Source of the DNA: Octopus sinensis
Lineage: Eukaryota
Direction: 5' to 3'
Length of the DNA stretch: 64,000 bases
NCBI RefSeq assembly: GCF_006345805.1
Contig: NC_043012.1
Coordinates: 21,700,001 to 21,764,000 of the forward strand
Shown here: positions 1 to 11,739 of the stretch, in pieces
How the letters are laid out: every line of letters starts with the position of its first letter
Position numbering within the stretch: position 1 is the first letter of the stretch
Made by a program: the position numbers and the translations under genes
Notes under the pieces: model-generated
Database searches by the model: none
Seen by the model: the letters and a program-made list of their open reading frames with translations, nothing else
Told to the model about the DNA's origin: nothing

Positions 1-34
1 CATTTTTCTCATTTTGTATATATATATATATATA

Positions 35-128
35 TCACCGTGACCGATCAGGCTGTCAGTTGTTGCTACACATCGCTGGTTACAATGCGCTTCACAGTGT
101 TTTAGCCTTCAAATGACGCCACCCTGCT
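35..128 (-). mobile_element. SINE family C, 3' fragment
   Basis: Reverse complement matches the 3' part of the full copy at 5868-6124 (gaaggctaaaac...gatagcctggtcggtcacggtga). Confidence 0.8.
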
Positions 129-135
129 TTCTGTC

Positions 136-166
<31 letters not shown>

Positions 167-175
167 CATACATAC

Positions 176-289
176 ATATGACGTGCTTCTTTCAGTTTCC
201 GTCTACCAAATCCACTCACAAGGCTTTGGTCGGCCCAAGGCTATAGTAGAAGATATTTGCCCAAGGTGCCACGTAGTGGGACTGAACCT
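176..289 (-). mobile_element. SINE family A (CORE-type tRNA-head SINE), 5' fragment
   Basis: Reverse complement matches ggttcagtcccactgcgtggcaccttgggcaa...gtagacggaaactgaaagaag of the full copies. Confidence 0.85.
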
Positions 290-295
290 AAGTTG

Positions 296-530
296 AAATC
301 CATCATTCAAATTCTTTGCATGGTGATATGGACACTGAAAGAGAAAGAAGTAAGCAACTCTCAGATAATATGGAGCATTATTGCTAAAGCCAAAAAATAC
401 AGGGAATGGGGCACCGAATATGAGGTCTGCTTTACTAAAAAGTTGAATATCATTCAGTAAAAAGCTAATAATTAAACTATTAGAGACAAAACTTTCTCTC
501 CCTGCATGCATAAACAATATTTTACACTGA
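296..530 (+). mobile_element. Penelope-like element, decayed C-terminal (post GIY-YIG) fragment
   Basis: IWTLKEKEVSNSQIIWSIIAKAKKY parallels the other two PLE fragments here (VWQLLEDKMKYSITWSIVKYAKPH at 4640; IWSLKDKGISYNIH*KILAKCKPY at 43850). Confidence 0.55.
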
Positions 531-619
531 TATTTCAAAGAGGACCCCCTACCCACTTCCCCACTCCTCCAACATGGATGAGTTTTCTTCTCTGAACATG
601 AACATTAACTATATGCACA

Positions 620-785
620 TTCTGAGTTCAAATTCCACCGAGGTCGATTTTGCCTTTCATCCTTTCGGGGTCGATAAATTAAGTACCAGTTGCGCACTGG
701 GGGTCGATGTAATCCACTCAATCTGTTTGTCTGTCCTTGTTTGTCCCCTCTGTGTTTGGCCCCTTGTGGGTAGTAAAGAAATATA
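620..785 (+). mobile_element. SINE family B (Meta/MESC-like central domain), 5'-truncated
   Basis: ttctgagttcaaattccaccgaggtcgattttgcctttcatcctttcggggtcgataaattaagtaccag matches copies at 8050 and 31669. Confidence 0.85.
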
Positions 786-1193
786 TATGCATCATACGAA
801 CTTTACTGCATAAAAGACACATACCCTCATGCTGAGCTCCCTTCAACACACAAATTACATGAGCATTCCACATACCCAGAACATTACATGATATAAAATA
901 ACTTATCATTCAATAACACCAAAACTCGTCATTAAAAGATGTATAAAAATATATGTGAAAATGCATGTAAAAATATGTACAAAAACATGTAGAAAATACG
1001 TGTAAGATACGCGAAACTTCAAAAATCATGTGTACACGTCCAAAATCCATACACAGACATGTATACATATGTTCATTTTGTGTGTGTGCAGGTATGTGTG
1101 TTTTGTATACGTGTGTGTGCATGCACATACATGTGAATGTATACATATGACAAAATACCGCATGATACATACAATAAACAAAAATATATATAA

Positions 1194-1587
1194 CTAGCAG
1201 TATCGCCCGGCATTGCTCGGGTTTGTAAGGGAAATAACAATATAAGCATTTTTAGAGATGTAAAGTATAATAGCCATCTCAATATGGCTAACCACAAAGG
1301 GGGGTGTTACTGTAGCTTTTTACGTTCTGAGATTTAATAATACATTTTTAGAGAGTTACTTCCCTTATATAATAGCAAAAAATGCATTAAAAATGGGAAA
1401 AAAATTAGGGTAATTTTTTTTTAAATCGTAGACTCATCGTAGACGCGCGCTAATACCCAGAAGGGCTCGATATGAATCACGACTATAAGATACCCGCTTT
1501 TGGTTACACTGCACCGCAAAATGTGGGAGTAGTTAGGAATCTAAATCGTAGGAGACAGACACACAACTTCACTTTTATATATATAGA
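1194..1587 (-). mobile_element. Non-autonomous Helitron
   Basis: On the minus strand it starts A|TC(TATATATATAAAAG) and ends with a GC-rich hairpin (cccgagcaatgccgggc) followed by CTAG|T; no TSD. Homologous to 7033-7536. Confidence 0.8.
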
Positions 1588-2075
1588 TAACCCATGAGTA
1601 TACACATAAACTTATAAAATATACACAAACTCATACAACACTGTAAATTTTCGACACAAAACATTTGGCAACCAGGTGCACATATATGCAAACTATTAAG
1701 TAAACAAATTTTAAAATTGTAAAATTTTCAATTCAGCTAAAACATTAAGGCCGGTGTATGTATGTATCCAAATAGATGAAAATATACAAATGATTTCAAT
1801 TTTAGCAAAAGTCTAAGAGAGGTGATCATCCAAGAGTTGTCCCCCCTGATGTCATGTTTTTATTCACCTAAATATCTTGCGCAATTTTTACCGTGATTTT
1901 ACGCGTTTTAATCCAAATTTGAGACAGACACCGATGTTCCATGTGATACGCTAGATAATTGTTAAGGGCTTCTTTAGCATTAAACCAATGGTAGCTTTAA
2001 TCCACAAACAAAGAATCTTTATCCACCAATGCTGTGTTGAGCACTTATTCTCATTGTTTGATATTTACGTATATA

Positions 2076-3316
2076 TTGGATTGGCAAGAAAATAATTCGG
2101 TTGACAAGATTAACATAGTTGCGATTTTTTAAAATTACTTTTGGTCGATGTTATGATTTTTCTTTTTGACATTTGATAGCCGTTACTCTAAGCTTACTTT
2201 AGAAGCAAATTGCGCGTAATTTTGTTTACAACTGTTAGTTCAGTATCAATTTTAACATGGAGTGCAAAAACGAACATTTTCGCCATATTTTGCTTTTTTA
2301 TTTCCATAAAGGCAAGAAAGCTGCTGAGGCCCACAAAGAGATATGTGAAATTTATGGTGTTGATTGATTAACAGAACGCACATGTCAGAAATGGTTAAAT
2401 AAATTCCGCTCTGGAGACTTTTCACTGAGATGAACAACGTTATGGTCGACCCATTGAAGTCGATGATGACCGTATCAAAGCCATAATTGAATATAACTGT
2501 GTGAGAGATTGCAGAGAGGTTAAATGTATCACATACAACATTTCAAAAACACTTAAAATGTCTTGGACTCATTAAGAAGCTCGATATTTGGGATCCACAT
2601 AAATTGAAAGAGATTCACTTAAGAAAACGAATCAATATTTGCGATATGCATCTCAAACGCAATGAAACCGACTTTTTTTTAAACGAATCATCGCTGGTGA
2701 TGAAATATGGATTGTCTACAATAATATCAATTGAAAACAATCATGGTCCAAGCATAATGAACCAGCACAAACCACATCGAAAGCTGAATTGCATAAAAAA
2801 AGGTCAAGTTGTCAATTTGATAGGATTACAAAGTTGTGTATTTTGAGCTGCTTCCAAGGAACCAAACGATCAATTCAGATGTTTACTGTCAACAACTAAT
2901 GAAACTGGATGAAGCAATCAAAGAAAAACAGCCAGAATTGGCAAATCGTAAAGGAATCGTGTTCCACCATGACAACGCTAGACCAGATACGTCCTTATTA
3001 ACTCGTGAAAAATTATTGGAGCTTGTTTGGGAATTTATGCACCATCAGATTACAATTTATTTCGAAGTTTGCAAAATTCTTTGAATGGTAAAACTTTCAA
3101 TAATGATGATGATCTGAAATCGAACTTGCTTCAGTTTTTGGCTGATAAGGACCAGAAGTTCTTATGAGCGCTGAATCATGAAGTTGTCAGAAACATGACG
3201 AAAGATCATCGAACAAAATGGAAAATATATTATTGATTGAAGTTCATTCTTTGTATGAAAAAAAAATGGCTTTTATTTCACACTAAAAAACCGAAATTAC
3301 TTTTTTGCCAACTCAA
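2076..3316 (+). mobile_element. Mariner (mellifera-type) DNA transposon, near full length, frameshifted
   Basis: ATG at ~2245 gives MECKNEHFRHILLFYFHKGKKAAEAHKEICEIYG; later YFELLPRNQTINSDVYCQQL and IVFHHDNARP. Inverted ends ttggattggcaagaaaataattcggtt / aaccgaaattacttttttgccaactcaa in TA context. Confidence 0.9.
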
Positions 3317-3681
3317 GATATATATATGAATATATCTTGTAGCTAGTTGTCCTTGTACTTCACAATCCAGGCATCCTTAAACTACTGGCCGTTCTACCTC
3401 GCATCTACTTACATTCTTGCCTGCATTAACTATTATGCCCACTACTTTCTTTTCAGAACATCAACCCTGTGTAATTTCTTCCTTGCATATGCCCTTTTTG
3501 CAGGTATTTAATGCCCAGCAAATCTTTTAATCAGAGCATTAATGACATCAAGCTCATGGGTTTCAGACGGCTCTTAAAAGTAATCGACACTGCCTCATGC
3601 TTCAGACTAAGTTATTTTTTTTAAAAAGTTAATATTAGTAAACGGTGCTCTGCTGAGAAAAGATTATTTAGTGAAGTGCAG

Positions 3682-4192
3682 GGCATAACTACACAAGTGT
3701 GCCTCACCCCCGCCATCTTTGATCGCTCATAAGTTTGAGAAAAATTCCCCACAAATATTCCTCAGATGGTGTGGATTATGACTATACCTAATTTGTTGCG
3801 AAAAATTTTCTGAGGGAGCGGGTGTGGGAACGGAGAGAATTTTCGGCAACTTATCACGAATCGACTTTGTTTCGTCATAAAAATGAATATTTTTAATGAA
3901 ATTTTTAACGAATACTTTCCAGATGGTGTGGATTACGATTATATCGTGGTTAAATGTGAAAAGAAGAAAAACAGATCACTGGCCCATATCACAATTTTCA
4001 AAATTTCAGGTTTCATTTTGTATATGTATATGCAATATGCGTCAGTATGTACGAGTGCGCGCTCACTCATTTTTTAAAATTGTAATCTATCATATCTGAA
4101 AGGTATTTGTAGAAAGGTTCATTAAAAAATACTCATTTTTGCGAAAGCCATGAGAAAACAAAGTAAGATGGGGCACACAAGTGTAGTATGCC
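3682..4192. mobile_element. Foldback/TIR non-autonomous element, degenerate
   Basis: Ends ggcataactacacaagtgtgcc / ggcacacaagtgtagtatgcc are inverted. Same terminal motif as 15942-16365. Confidence 0.5.
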
Positions 4193-4599
4193 AAGTACAG
4201 TTCATAAGTCCTAACAGATCGTATGCTGCAGAGATAGAATTTCACAGGGGTTGGCTCAAAACACCGAGATGTTTTCCCCTATGAACTGATCCAAATTTAT
4301 GTCAGAAATTTGGCATACACGCGTAATAATGTAAATATAAACTGGTGCTTAAAAAACTTGTATGTGTGTGTGTGCATTATACACATCGTTTTTACTCGTG
4401 TATAAGACGCACCCCTAATTTAGTATTAAATCCTAGCATAAAATCCTTGCTCTTCAAAACTTTAGCTTTGCACCGTGAACAAGCTGCCCCTTAGATTTTT
4501 CAGTTAGAACTACATACAAAACAGCTCGACTTATAGATAAGTACAAGTATACGTATGTATATGTATAGCTACATACATACATATGTATGTATGTATATG

Positions 4600-5330
4600 T
4601 ATCAATAAGAGACATTCAACATCTTTGGCAGATTTTGTATGGCAACTGTTGGAGGACAAAATGAAGTACAGCATAACTTGGTCCATAGTAAAGTACGCGA
4701 AACCACACAATATAATTTCCAGGAGATGCCGTCTCTGCTCCGAGGAATCCCTGTCTATTCTGTGGACTAACGAGAAGATCATTAATAGGATTTCTGAATG
4801 ACTCTCGAGATGCCTACACGCATATAAATGCACTTTCGCGCAATGCAGTGGGAATGAATTTTGAGTAATATAATTTAATTTACTGTAAGGTATGGATGAC
4901 TTAAGTTTACTTTTAACGTCCCTATTCTTACAAACACCAAATACATAGTTAACTTGTTTTGTGATCATGAGTGCACCAAACCTCATGTCTGCGTATGCTC
5001 ACATTTTTGCGGATGCTTGTATAAGCGAGTGTACTTGCGCCACGCAGCTTGCCCGAGGGCGTTTGTACATCCATATTTGTTAACAGCTATTTTTAATACT
5101 TTTCTCGCTGGATTGCGTGTTCGTTTCTCTTTTTGCCATCTGTAATTTTATTTTTGATCTTCTATATAAATGAAGATATTTCCTCCGTCGGGCTGCTTTT
5201 CTTGAACCAGTTATTGAGCGTCCCACCTATGAGGGATCGATGCTAGATGTACCGAAACAATTGTCGTGATTAATAATAATAAATTCTCATATATTCCATC
5301 TTCCACCTTTCATTATTTGCCATATATATA
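4600..5330 (+). mobile_element. Penelope-like element 3' end (ORF C-terminus, 3' UTR, pseudo-LTR)
   Basis: RHSTSLADFVWQLLEDKMKYSITWSIVKYAKPHNIISRRCRLCSEE fits the PLE C-terminal T.LS..IW.LK...Y.I.W.I...A..Y....C.LC..E pattern. It is followed by an AT-rich UTR and a gaaac...aataaa terminus. Confidence 0.7.
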
Positions 5331-5480
5331 TATAAGGTGGAAGATGGAATATATGAGAATTTATTATTATTAATCACGACAATTGTTTCGGTACATCTAG
5401 CATCGATCCCTCATAGGTGGGACGCTCAATAACTGGTTCAAGAAAAGCAGCCCGACGGAGGAAATATCTTCATTTATATA
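5163..5480. repeat. Perfect long inverted repeat (147-bp arms, 24-bp spacer)
   Basis: 5163-5309 is the reverse complement of 5334-5480 by direct reading. Confidence 0.95.
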
Positions 5481-5496
5481 TATATATAAAGCATGT

Positions 5497-5692
5497 TACT
5501 CTTTTACATGTTTCAGTCATTTGATTGTGGCCATGCTGGAGCACATCCTTTAGTCGAGCAAATCGACCCCAGGACTTATTCTTTGTAAGCCTAGTACTTA
5601 TTCTATCGGTCTCTTTTGCCGAACTGTTAAGTTACGGGGACATAGACACACCAGCATCAGTTGTCAAGCGATGTTGGGGGGGGCCAAACACA
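5497..5692 (-). mobile_element. SINE family A, 3' half
   Basis: tactcttttacatgtttcagtcatttgattgtggccatgctggagcac is the reverse complement of the family A tail. Confidence 0.85.
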
Positions 5693-5721
5693 CAAGTATA
5701 TATATATATATAATATATATA

Positions 5722-5752
<31 letters not shown>

Positions 5753-5867
5753 CATATATAATAAAGTATTGATTGGGTATTATCTGATGGTTGATGATTG
5801 ATTTAGGTATGTTTCTCCATTTTTCTCATTTTGTATATGTATGTATATGTGTGTGTGTGTGTGTGTA

Positions 5868-6124
5868 GGCGCAATGACCCAGTGGTTAGGGCAGCGGACT
5901 TGCGGTTTCGATTCCCAGATCGGGCGTTGTGTTTATTGAGCGAAAACACCTAAAGCTCCACGAGGCTCCGGCAGGGGGTGGTGGCGATCCCTGCTATACT
6001 CTTTCGCCACAACTTCCTCTCACTCTTTCTTCTGTTGGCCTGCTCGCTTAGCCTTTGAAGGCTAAAACAATGCGAAGCGCATTGTGACCAGCGATGTGTA
6101 GCAACATCTGATAGCCTGGTCGGT
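5868..6124 (+). mobile_element. SINE family C, near full length
   Basis: tRNA-like head ggcgcaatgacccagtggttagggcagcggac...ggtttcgattccc (A/B-box-like), shared body, (TA)n tail. Confidence 0.85.
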
Positions 6125-6156
<32 letters not shown>

Positions 6157-6210
6157 AAAGCGTATGTATGAATACATATATCTACGTGTATATACGTGCA
6201 CATCTAAACG

Positions 6211-6350
6211 CAGGGCCGGCCCTAGGGTTGTTGGCGCTCCGGACATGCTGAACTTCGGCGGGTACAAGCTGACGGTCGTGGAAATTTCCTTGTCTTTGTC
6301 ACGCTCTCCTTGGTGCCCCAGGTGAGTTGCCGGTACCTTGAGCTGGCCCA
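6211..6350. mobile_element. Possible short hAT-like MITE remnant
   Basis: Starts CAGGGCCGGCCCTAGG with a degenerate inverted end ccttgagctggccc; no 8-bp TSD found. Confidence 0.3.
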
Positions 6351-6744
6351 CGAGAGTCCCGGGCCCCAGTTATGAACTCATTTGCATACTGCCAATCAAA
6401 TCAGAGCTCAACTATCAAACTAGTGTCTACCTAGTCACGAAAATACTCTGGTTGAGTTCAGTGGAAAATATGCGTTATAGCAAAATTAGTTTTAAACCGG
6501 TTAATTCGCAGCCAGCCCTGTCTATATGCCTAATTCATATATACTGTCTCTCATATGTACGAAGTTTGTGTGTGTGTGTGATGACAGACACAAGCTTTCT
6601 TTGTTTCCTCTCTATATCTTTACTTATTAATTTATGTATTTGCTTATTGAACGACATAACGGTCAAACTATTTGAATTATGCACGTGACATTATTGATTT
6701 TAGAATTTGATCTAGAACAATCTAGTTTTGGACAACCAATGTTG

Positions 6745-6905
6745 GTGTGTTTACGTCCCCGTAAATTAGCGGTTCGGCAAAAGAGACAGATAGAATAAGT
6801 ACTAAGCTTACAAAGAATGTCCTAGGGTCGATTTCTGCGACTAAAACCCCTTTAAAGCGGTGCTCCAGCAAGGCCGCGGTCAAATGAATGAAACAAATAA
6901 AAGAA
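6745..6905 (+). mobile_element. SINE family A, 3' half
   Basis: tttacgtccccgtaaattagcggttcggcaaaagagacagatagaataagtac...gcggtgctccagcaaggccgcgg. Confidence 0.8.
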
Positions 6906-7032
6906 TAGCTGTCTGTCTATCTATCTGTGTATCCTGTATTGGTGCACCGCCTTCAGTTTTCCGGTCAGTTACATCGACCCTCATACCTCCTTCTTGACCT
7001 TGCAAAGCTGAAAGGCAAACTGAGTCTATATA

Positions 7033-7536
7033 TCTATATATATAAAACTGTAGTTGTGTGAGTGTCTGTCCCCTTCGATTTAGATTCCTAACTCCTCCCA
7101 CATTTTGCGGTGCAGTTTAACCAAATTCGGGTATCTTATAGTCGTGATTCATATCGAGCCCGTCTGGGTATTAGCGCGTGTCTACGATGAGTCTACGATT
7201 TTAAAAATAATTTAACATCATTTTTTATTCCATTTTAATGCATAATTTTTCGTGTGTCGATGACGGCGGAGTTGGCGTCCACGGTCACACCTGCACCTGT
7301 TTGCTTCTCCCCTCCATCGTGAAGCTGTGGGGAAGGGAGTGTAAGGAAATCAACGTCGTAAAGCGTTGTCAAGGAGACCAGCGTTCTTTTAGAACAACGA
7401 CTTCATGGCTTGAAGACACCAAAACAGAAATGGCTAAGAAAGCCCGAATTGGCATCTATAAGGGAAGTAACTCTCTAAAAATGCTTATATAGTTATTTCC
7501 CTTACAAACTCGAGCAACGCCGGGCGATACTGCTAG
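7033..7536 (+). mobile_element. Non-autonomous Helitron with extra internal segment
   Basis: A|TCTATATATATAAAAC start; ends ctcgagcaacgccgggcgatactg CTAG|T. Homologous to 1194-1587. Confidence 0.8.
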
Positions 7537-7556
7537 TATATATATATAAAAAAAAG

Positions 7557-7945
7557 GTGGTGCTTCCCAACCACATTCTTCTGGGGTCAGTCACACTGCG
7601 TGGCAAATCTCTTCTACTACAGCTTCAGGCCGGCCAAAGTGGATTTTGTAGACGGAAACTGAAGAAGCCCGTCATCTCTCATCATCCTATATGAAAATTC
7701 AGATTTGTTGCAGTTTTGTCCCAGTGTGTGTGTGTGTGTGTCTCCCAGCACCGCTTGACAACCGGTGTTGGTGTTTATGTCCCCATCACCTAGCGGTTTG
7801 GCCGAAGTGACAAAAAGAATAAGTACCAGACTTTAAAAAAAAAAAAAGCCCTGGGGTTGATTTGTTCGACTAAAACCCTTCAAGGCGGTACCCCAATAAG
7901 GCCGCTGTTAAATGACTGAAGCAAGTAAAAGAGAAAAGATAAAAG
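7557..7945 (+). mobile_element. SINE family A, diverged
   Basis: Head, core and tail are recognisable but mutated (ccaaccacattcttctggggtcagtcacactgcgtggc...aaatgactgaagcaagtaaaagag). Confidence 0.75.
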
Positions 7946-8049
7946 ATTCTTGGGTTGACAGTAAACTCCAAATTTAAGGTTATCAGCCATTCGCGCCAAC
8001 CGTACTGTAACTACTCATACAATATTTATATCGGAAATACCATACCTAA

Positions 8050-8430
8050 GGCGGCGAGCTGGCAGAACCGTTAGCACGCCGGGCGAAATGCATAGCCGTA
8101 TTTCGTCTGCCGTTATGTTCTGAGTTCAAATTCCGCCGAGGTCGACTTTGCCTTTCATCCTTTCGGGGTCTATAAATTAAGTACTTATTTCTTTATTACC
8201 CACAAGGGGCTAAACATAGATGGGACAAACAAGGACAGACATAGGTATTAAGTCGATTCCATCGACCCCAGTGCGTAACTGGTACTTAATTTATCGACCC
8301 CGAAAGGATGAAAGGCAAAGTCGACCTCGGCGGTACCAGTTACGCACTGGAGTCGATGTAATCGACTTAATCCGTTTGTCTGTCCTTGTTTGTCCCCTCT
8401 GTGTTTAGCCCCTTGTGGGTAGTAAATAAA
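8050..8430 (+). mobile_element. SINE family B containing an inverted nested family B copy (8185-8332)
   Basis: The plus copy is interrupted after aagtac and resumes at gtaccag; the intervening sequence is the reverse complement of the family B body and tail. Confidence 0.85.
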
Positions 8431-8729
8431 TATTTATATTGGAAAACTTGTCATGTTTTCCTTAAGTATTTATTTATTTATTTAGAAAGTTCTTTAGTTT
8501 ACTGCTAGCTTGTAATAGTTTTAATTTGTTTTCATTACACGTATCGGGAAAATAACTTACCGTAAAATAAAATAAACGTAACGCTTTGGAGAAAAACACA
8601 TACACAGCTGAGAGGTTGATGACATTTTAATTTCCACTGGTTTTTAGTACATTTAGAGTGAGAGAGAGAGAAAGTAGGACACAGATGTAGAAGAAATTCC
8701 GAAGTCTGATAATTCACACACATAACAGC

Positions 8730-8935
8730 TTCTTTTACTTGTTTCAGTCATTGGACTGTGACCATGCTAGGGGCACAGTTTTGAAGGTTTTAGTCGAACA
8801 ATTCGTCCTCAGTACTAATTTTTATCAAACCTTGGTACTTTTTGCTAACGATGTTTTTTTTTGCCGAACGGCTAAATTAAAGGGGCGTAAACAAATCAAC
8901 ACCAGTTGTCAAGCTGTGGGGGACAGACATAGAGG
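8730..8935 (-). mobile_element. SINE family A, 3' half, diverged
   Basis: ttttacttgtttcagtcattggactgtgaccatgct matches the reverse complement of the tail. Confidence 0.7.
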
Positions 8936-10132
8936 CATCCTCACCACCACCACCACCACAAGGTCAAATATAACCAGTCAACGTAATTACTAGACTTGGT
9001 AAAGTAGTAGTAGCCAGACCGTCCTCAAATCACACCCTACCTCTTTTGAGAATCTTTTTTTAAAGTCTTCCAACCACTTTTAAATACTACAAATAAAAAA
9101 CCGAATATGATTTTCTTTATCAGTATTTGAAGAAATCTGGTAAAAATTTGAATTACACTAAGTGACTGGAAGGATTTTAAAAACGATCCAAATATGATAA
9201 TAAAATATAACGCCTATCTTCAAGTTTCATACGTTGAAAAAAAAAATGTAGTCCTTGATAGACAAGAAGTCGAGATGGTCATAATTGGAACGTATCCCGA
9301 ACACCTCTGATCATAGTTCTGTTCGATAAGGGCTGCGTTAAACAGCAGTGTTGTCATAAGGCATGGGCACAGTGAGCTAGGGGCCACAAGTCGAGCAGTC
9401 CAGTTATGATCTATGTATACAGTCAATAAATAAATATTATGGACCCAATGCATTGATTTGCTCTGGGTAACGGTGCTAAGACAGCCCTGACAGCAACAAT
9501 GAGGGGAACCTCATTGTTGTCACTCAAAATCTAGAAATAGCAGTTAAATCTTACCGTTGTCCCTTAAACAGTAAAAGGAAAGAAAAGGGATATATTAGAA
9601 TTAGACAATGTAAGTCCCTGATTGACCAAAATAACGGATCGCTAAATTACGGGGACGTAAACAAACCAACACTGGTTGCCACGCGGTGGAGGAGGACAAA
9701 GACACACAAACACATAGAACGGGTTTCTTTCAGTTTCCATCTACCAAATTCACTCATGACTAGGACGTGCCTAGAACATGACCTAGGGCTATACAATACC
9801 TACATTGGATTTGCGTCAAACGAGAATATAATAATTACTTCGATTAATTAGTATCAATTAAATATTTACTATTCCAAACCAACTTGAGATCACATCTGGC
9901 CGGAGTCTTAGGTCAATACAATTAAGTACGTCATTATACACTCGTACTAATTAGTGATAGAGAAAAAAAAAAACAGACCGAAATCATCATTAACATCACA
10001 GCCGAAGACTGGCTATTTGGATTCGTGTCTTTAATTTAAATCTTCTTTCTACCTTCTAAACATGAAGTCATTGCAACACACAGATGTCAACTATCAGTCT
10101 GTCGCCGTTTTTATTAAAGAACGACACATGCT

Positions 10133-10516
10133 GGAGTGGCTGTGTGGTAAGTAGCTTGCTAACCAACCACATGGTTCCAGGTTCAGTCCCACTGCGTGGC
10201 AACTTGGGCAAGTGTCTTCTGTTATAGCCCCGGGCCGACCAGTGCCTTGTGAGTGGATTTGGTAGACGGAAACTGAAAGAAGCCTGTCGTATATATGTGT
10301 ATATATGTTTGTGTGTCTGTGTTTGTCCCCCTAGCATTGCTTGACAACCGATGCTGGTGTCTTTACGTCCCCGTCACTTAGCGGTTCGGCAAAAGACACC
10401 GATAGAATAAGTACTGGGCTTACAAAGAATAAGTCCCGGGGTCGATTTGCTCGACTAAAGGCGGTGCTCCAGCATGGCCGCAGTCAAATGACTGAAACAA
10501 GTAAAAGAGTAAGAGT
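10133..10516 (+). mobile_element. SINE family A, full length (CORE-type; probably an octopus OR-type SINE)
   Basis: tRNA-like head ggagtggctgtgtggtaagtagcttgctaaccaaccacatggttccaggttcagtccc; CORE-like tgcgtggcaacttgggcaagtgtcttct; internal (TA)/(TG) tract; tail ending gtaaaagag. The family name is from memory and unverified. Confidence 0.9.
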
Positions 10517-10905
10517 ATGCTCTCCCGTCATCCTATACGTAGGTTTAGATTTGGTGCAGTTTAGCCCCAGGTAAATTCTCAGATCAAGTAGAACTATGAT
10601 CAAAAGCGATCCGGCCATGACCATCCATCCCATCTTGTTTCTTTTTCTCTCCCCTGTGTAGAATAAGGATTTATAAGCACATTACGTTTATTTTCTGTTG
10701 ATCGAGTACTGTGCGATCTCGAATATAATTCGATTGAACTGTATTTTATCTGCATAAATGTTGTAGCATTACGTTACCAACTTAAGATACTTTTGTATTA
10801 AATTTCTTGCATGCAATTCTCACAAATACGGTAGTTAGGTGAATGACAACGAAGCAATTCAGGAATCCGTAAATATCAGAACACAAGAAAAAAAAAATTG
10901 TTCGC

Positions 10906-11268
10906 CGCAGGAGTGGCTCCGGGTTCAGTCCCACTGCGTGGCATCTTGGGCAAGTGTCTTCTGCTATAGCCCCGGGCCAACCAAAGCCTTGTGAGTGGAT
11001 TTGGTAGACGGAAACTGAAAAGAAGCCCGTCGTATATATGTATATATATATCAATGCATGTGTGTGTTTGTGTGTCTGTGTTTGTCCCCCCTCCTCGCAC
11101 TGCTTGACAACCGATGCTGGTGTGTCCCCGTTACTTAGCGGTTCGGCAAAAGAGACCGATAGAATAAGTACTGGGCTTACAAAAGAATAAGTCCCGGGGT
11201 CGAGTTGCTCGACTAAAGGCGGTGCTCCAGCATGGCCGCAGTCAAATGACTGAAACAAGTAAAAGAGT
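10906..11268 (+). mobile_element. SINE family A with a ~35-bp deletion in the tRNA head
   Basis: ggagtggct is joined directly to ccgggttcagtccc; the remainder matches 10133-10516. Confidence 0.9.
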
Positions 11269-11347
11269 ATATTTGAAAATATTACAAATGAGATGGCATT
11301 TTTATACGTTGTCATCGAGCTGTAAAAAAGAGAATAACAAATCGCAG

Positions 11348-11672
11348 ATGTGTGTGGTAAGAAGTTTGCTGCCCAACCACTTCTACGATAGACCTGGGTC
11401 AATCAAAAACTTGTGAGTAAATTTGGTAGATGGAAACTGAAAGTACCCCCGTGTTCTATGTGTTTGTGTGTACGGGTGTGTGTCTTTGTCCTCCTCCACC
11501 GCGTGGCAACCAGTGTTGGTTTGTTTACGTCCCCGTAATTTAAGCGATCCGACGTAAGTACCACCGGCTGAAATGAAAAAAAGAATTTGGGGGCAAATTC
11601 GTTCGATGAAAACCCTTCAAAGGCAATGCCCCCAGCATGGGGGCATTGAAATGACTGAAACAAGAACAAGAC
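11348..11672 (+). mobile_element. SINE family A, diverged
   Basis: gtgtgtggtaagaagtttgctgcccaaccac...tgaaatgactgaaacaag. Confidence 0.7.
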
Positions 11673-11739
11673 CAATCAAAACAGCTAGTAGTAGTCTTAT
11701 ATACATATAGTATATTCATCACTTATGAATATATTTCGA

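Noticed and set aside
10782-11402. 206-aa ORF and similar ones (10068, 10341, 19538, 56125, 56364)
   Set aside because: They lie within SINE A copies, and the same peptides recur wherever the SINE occurs.
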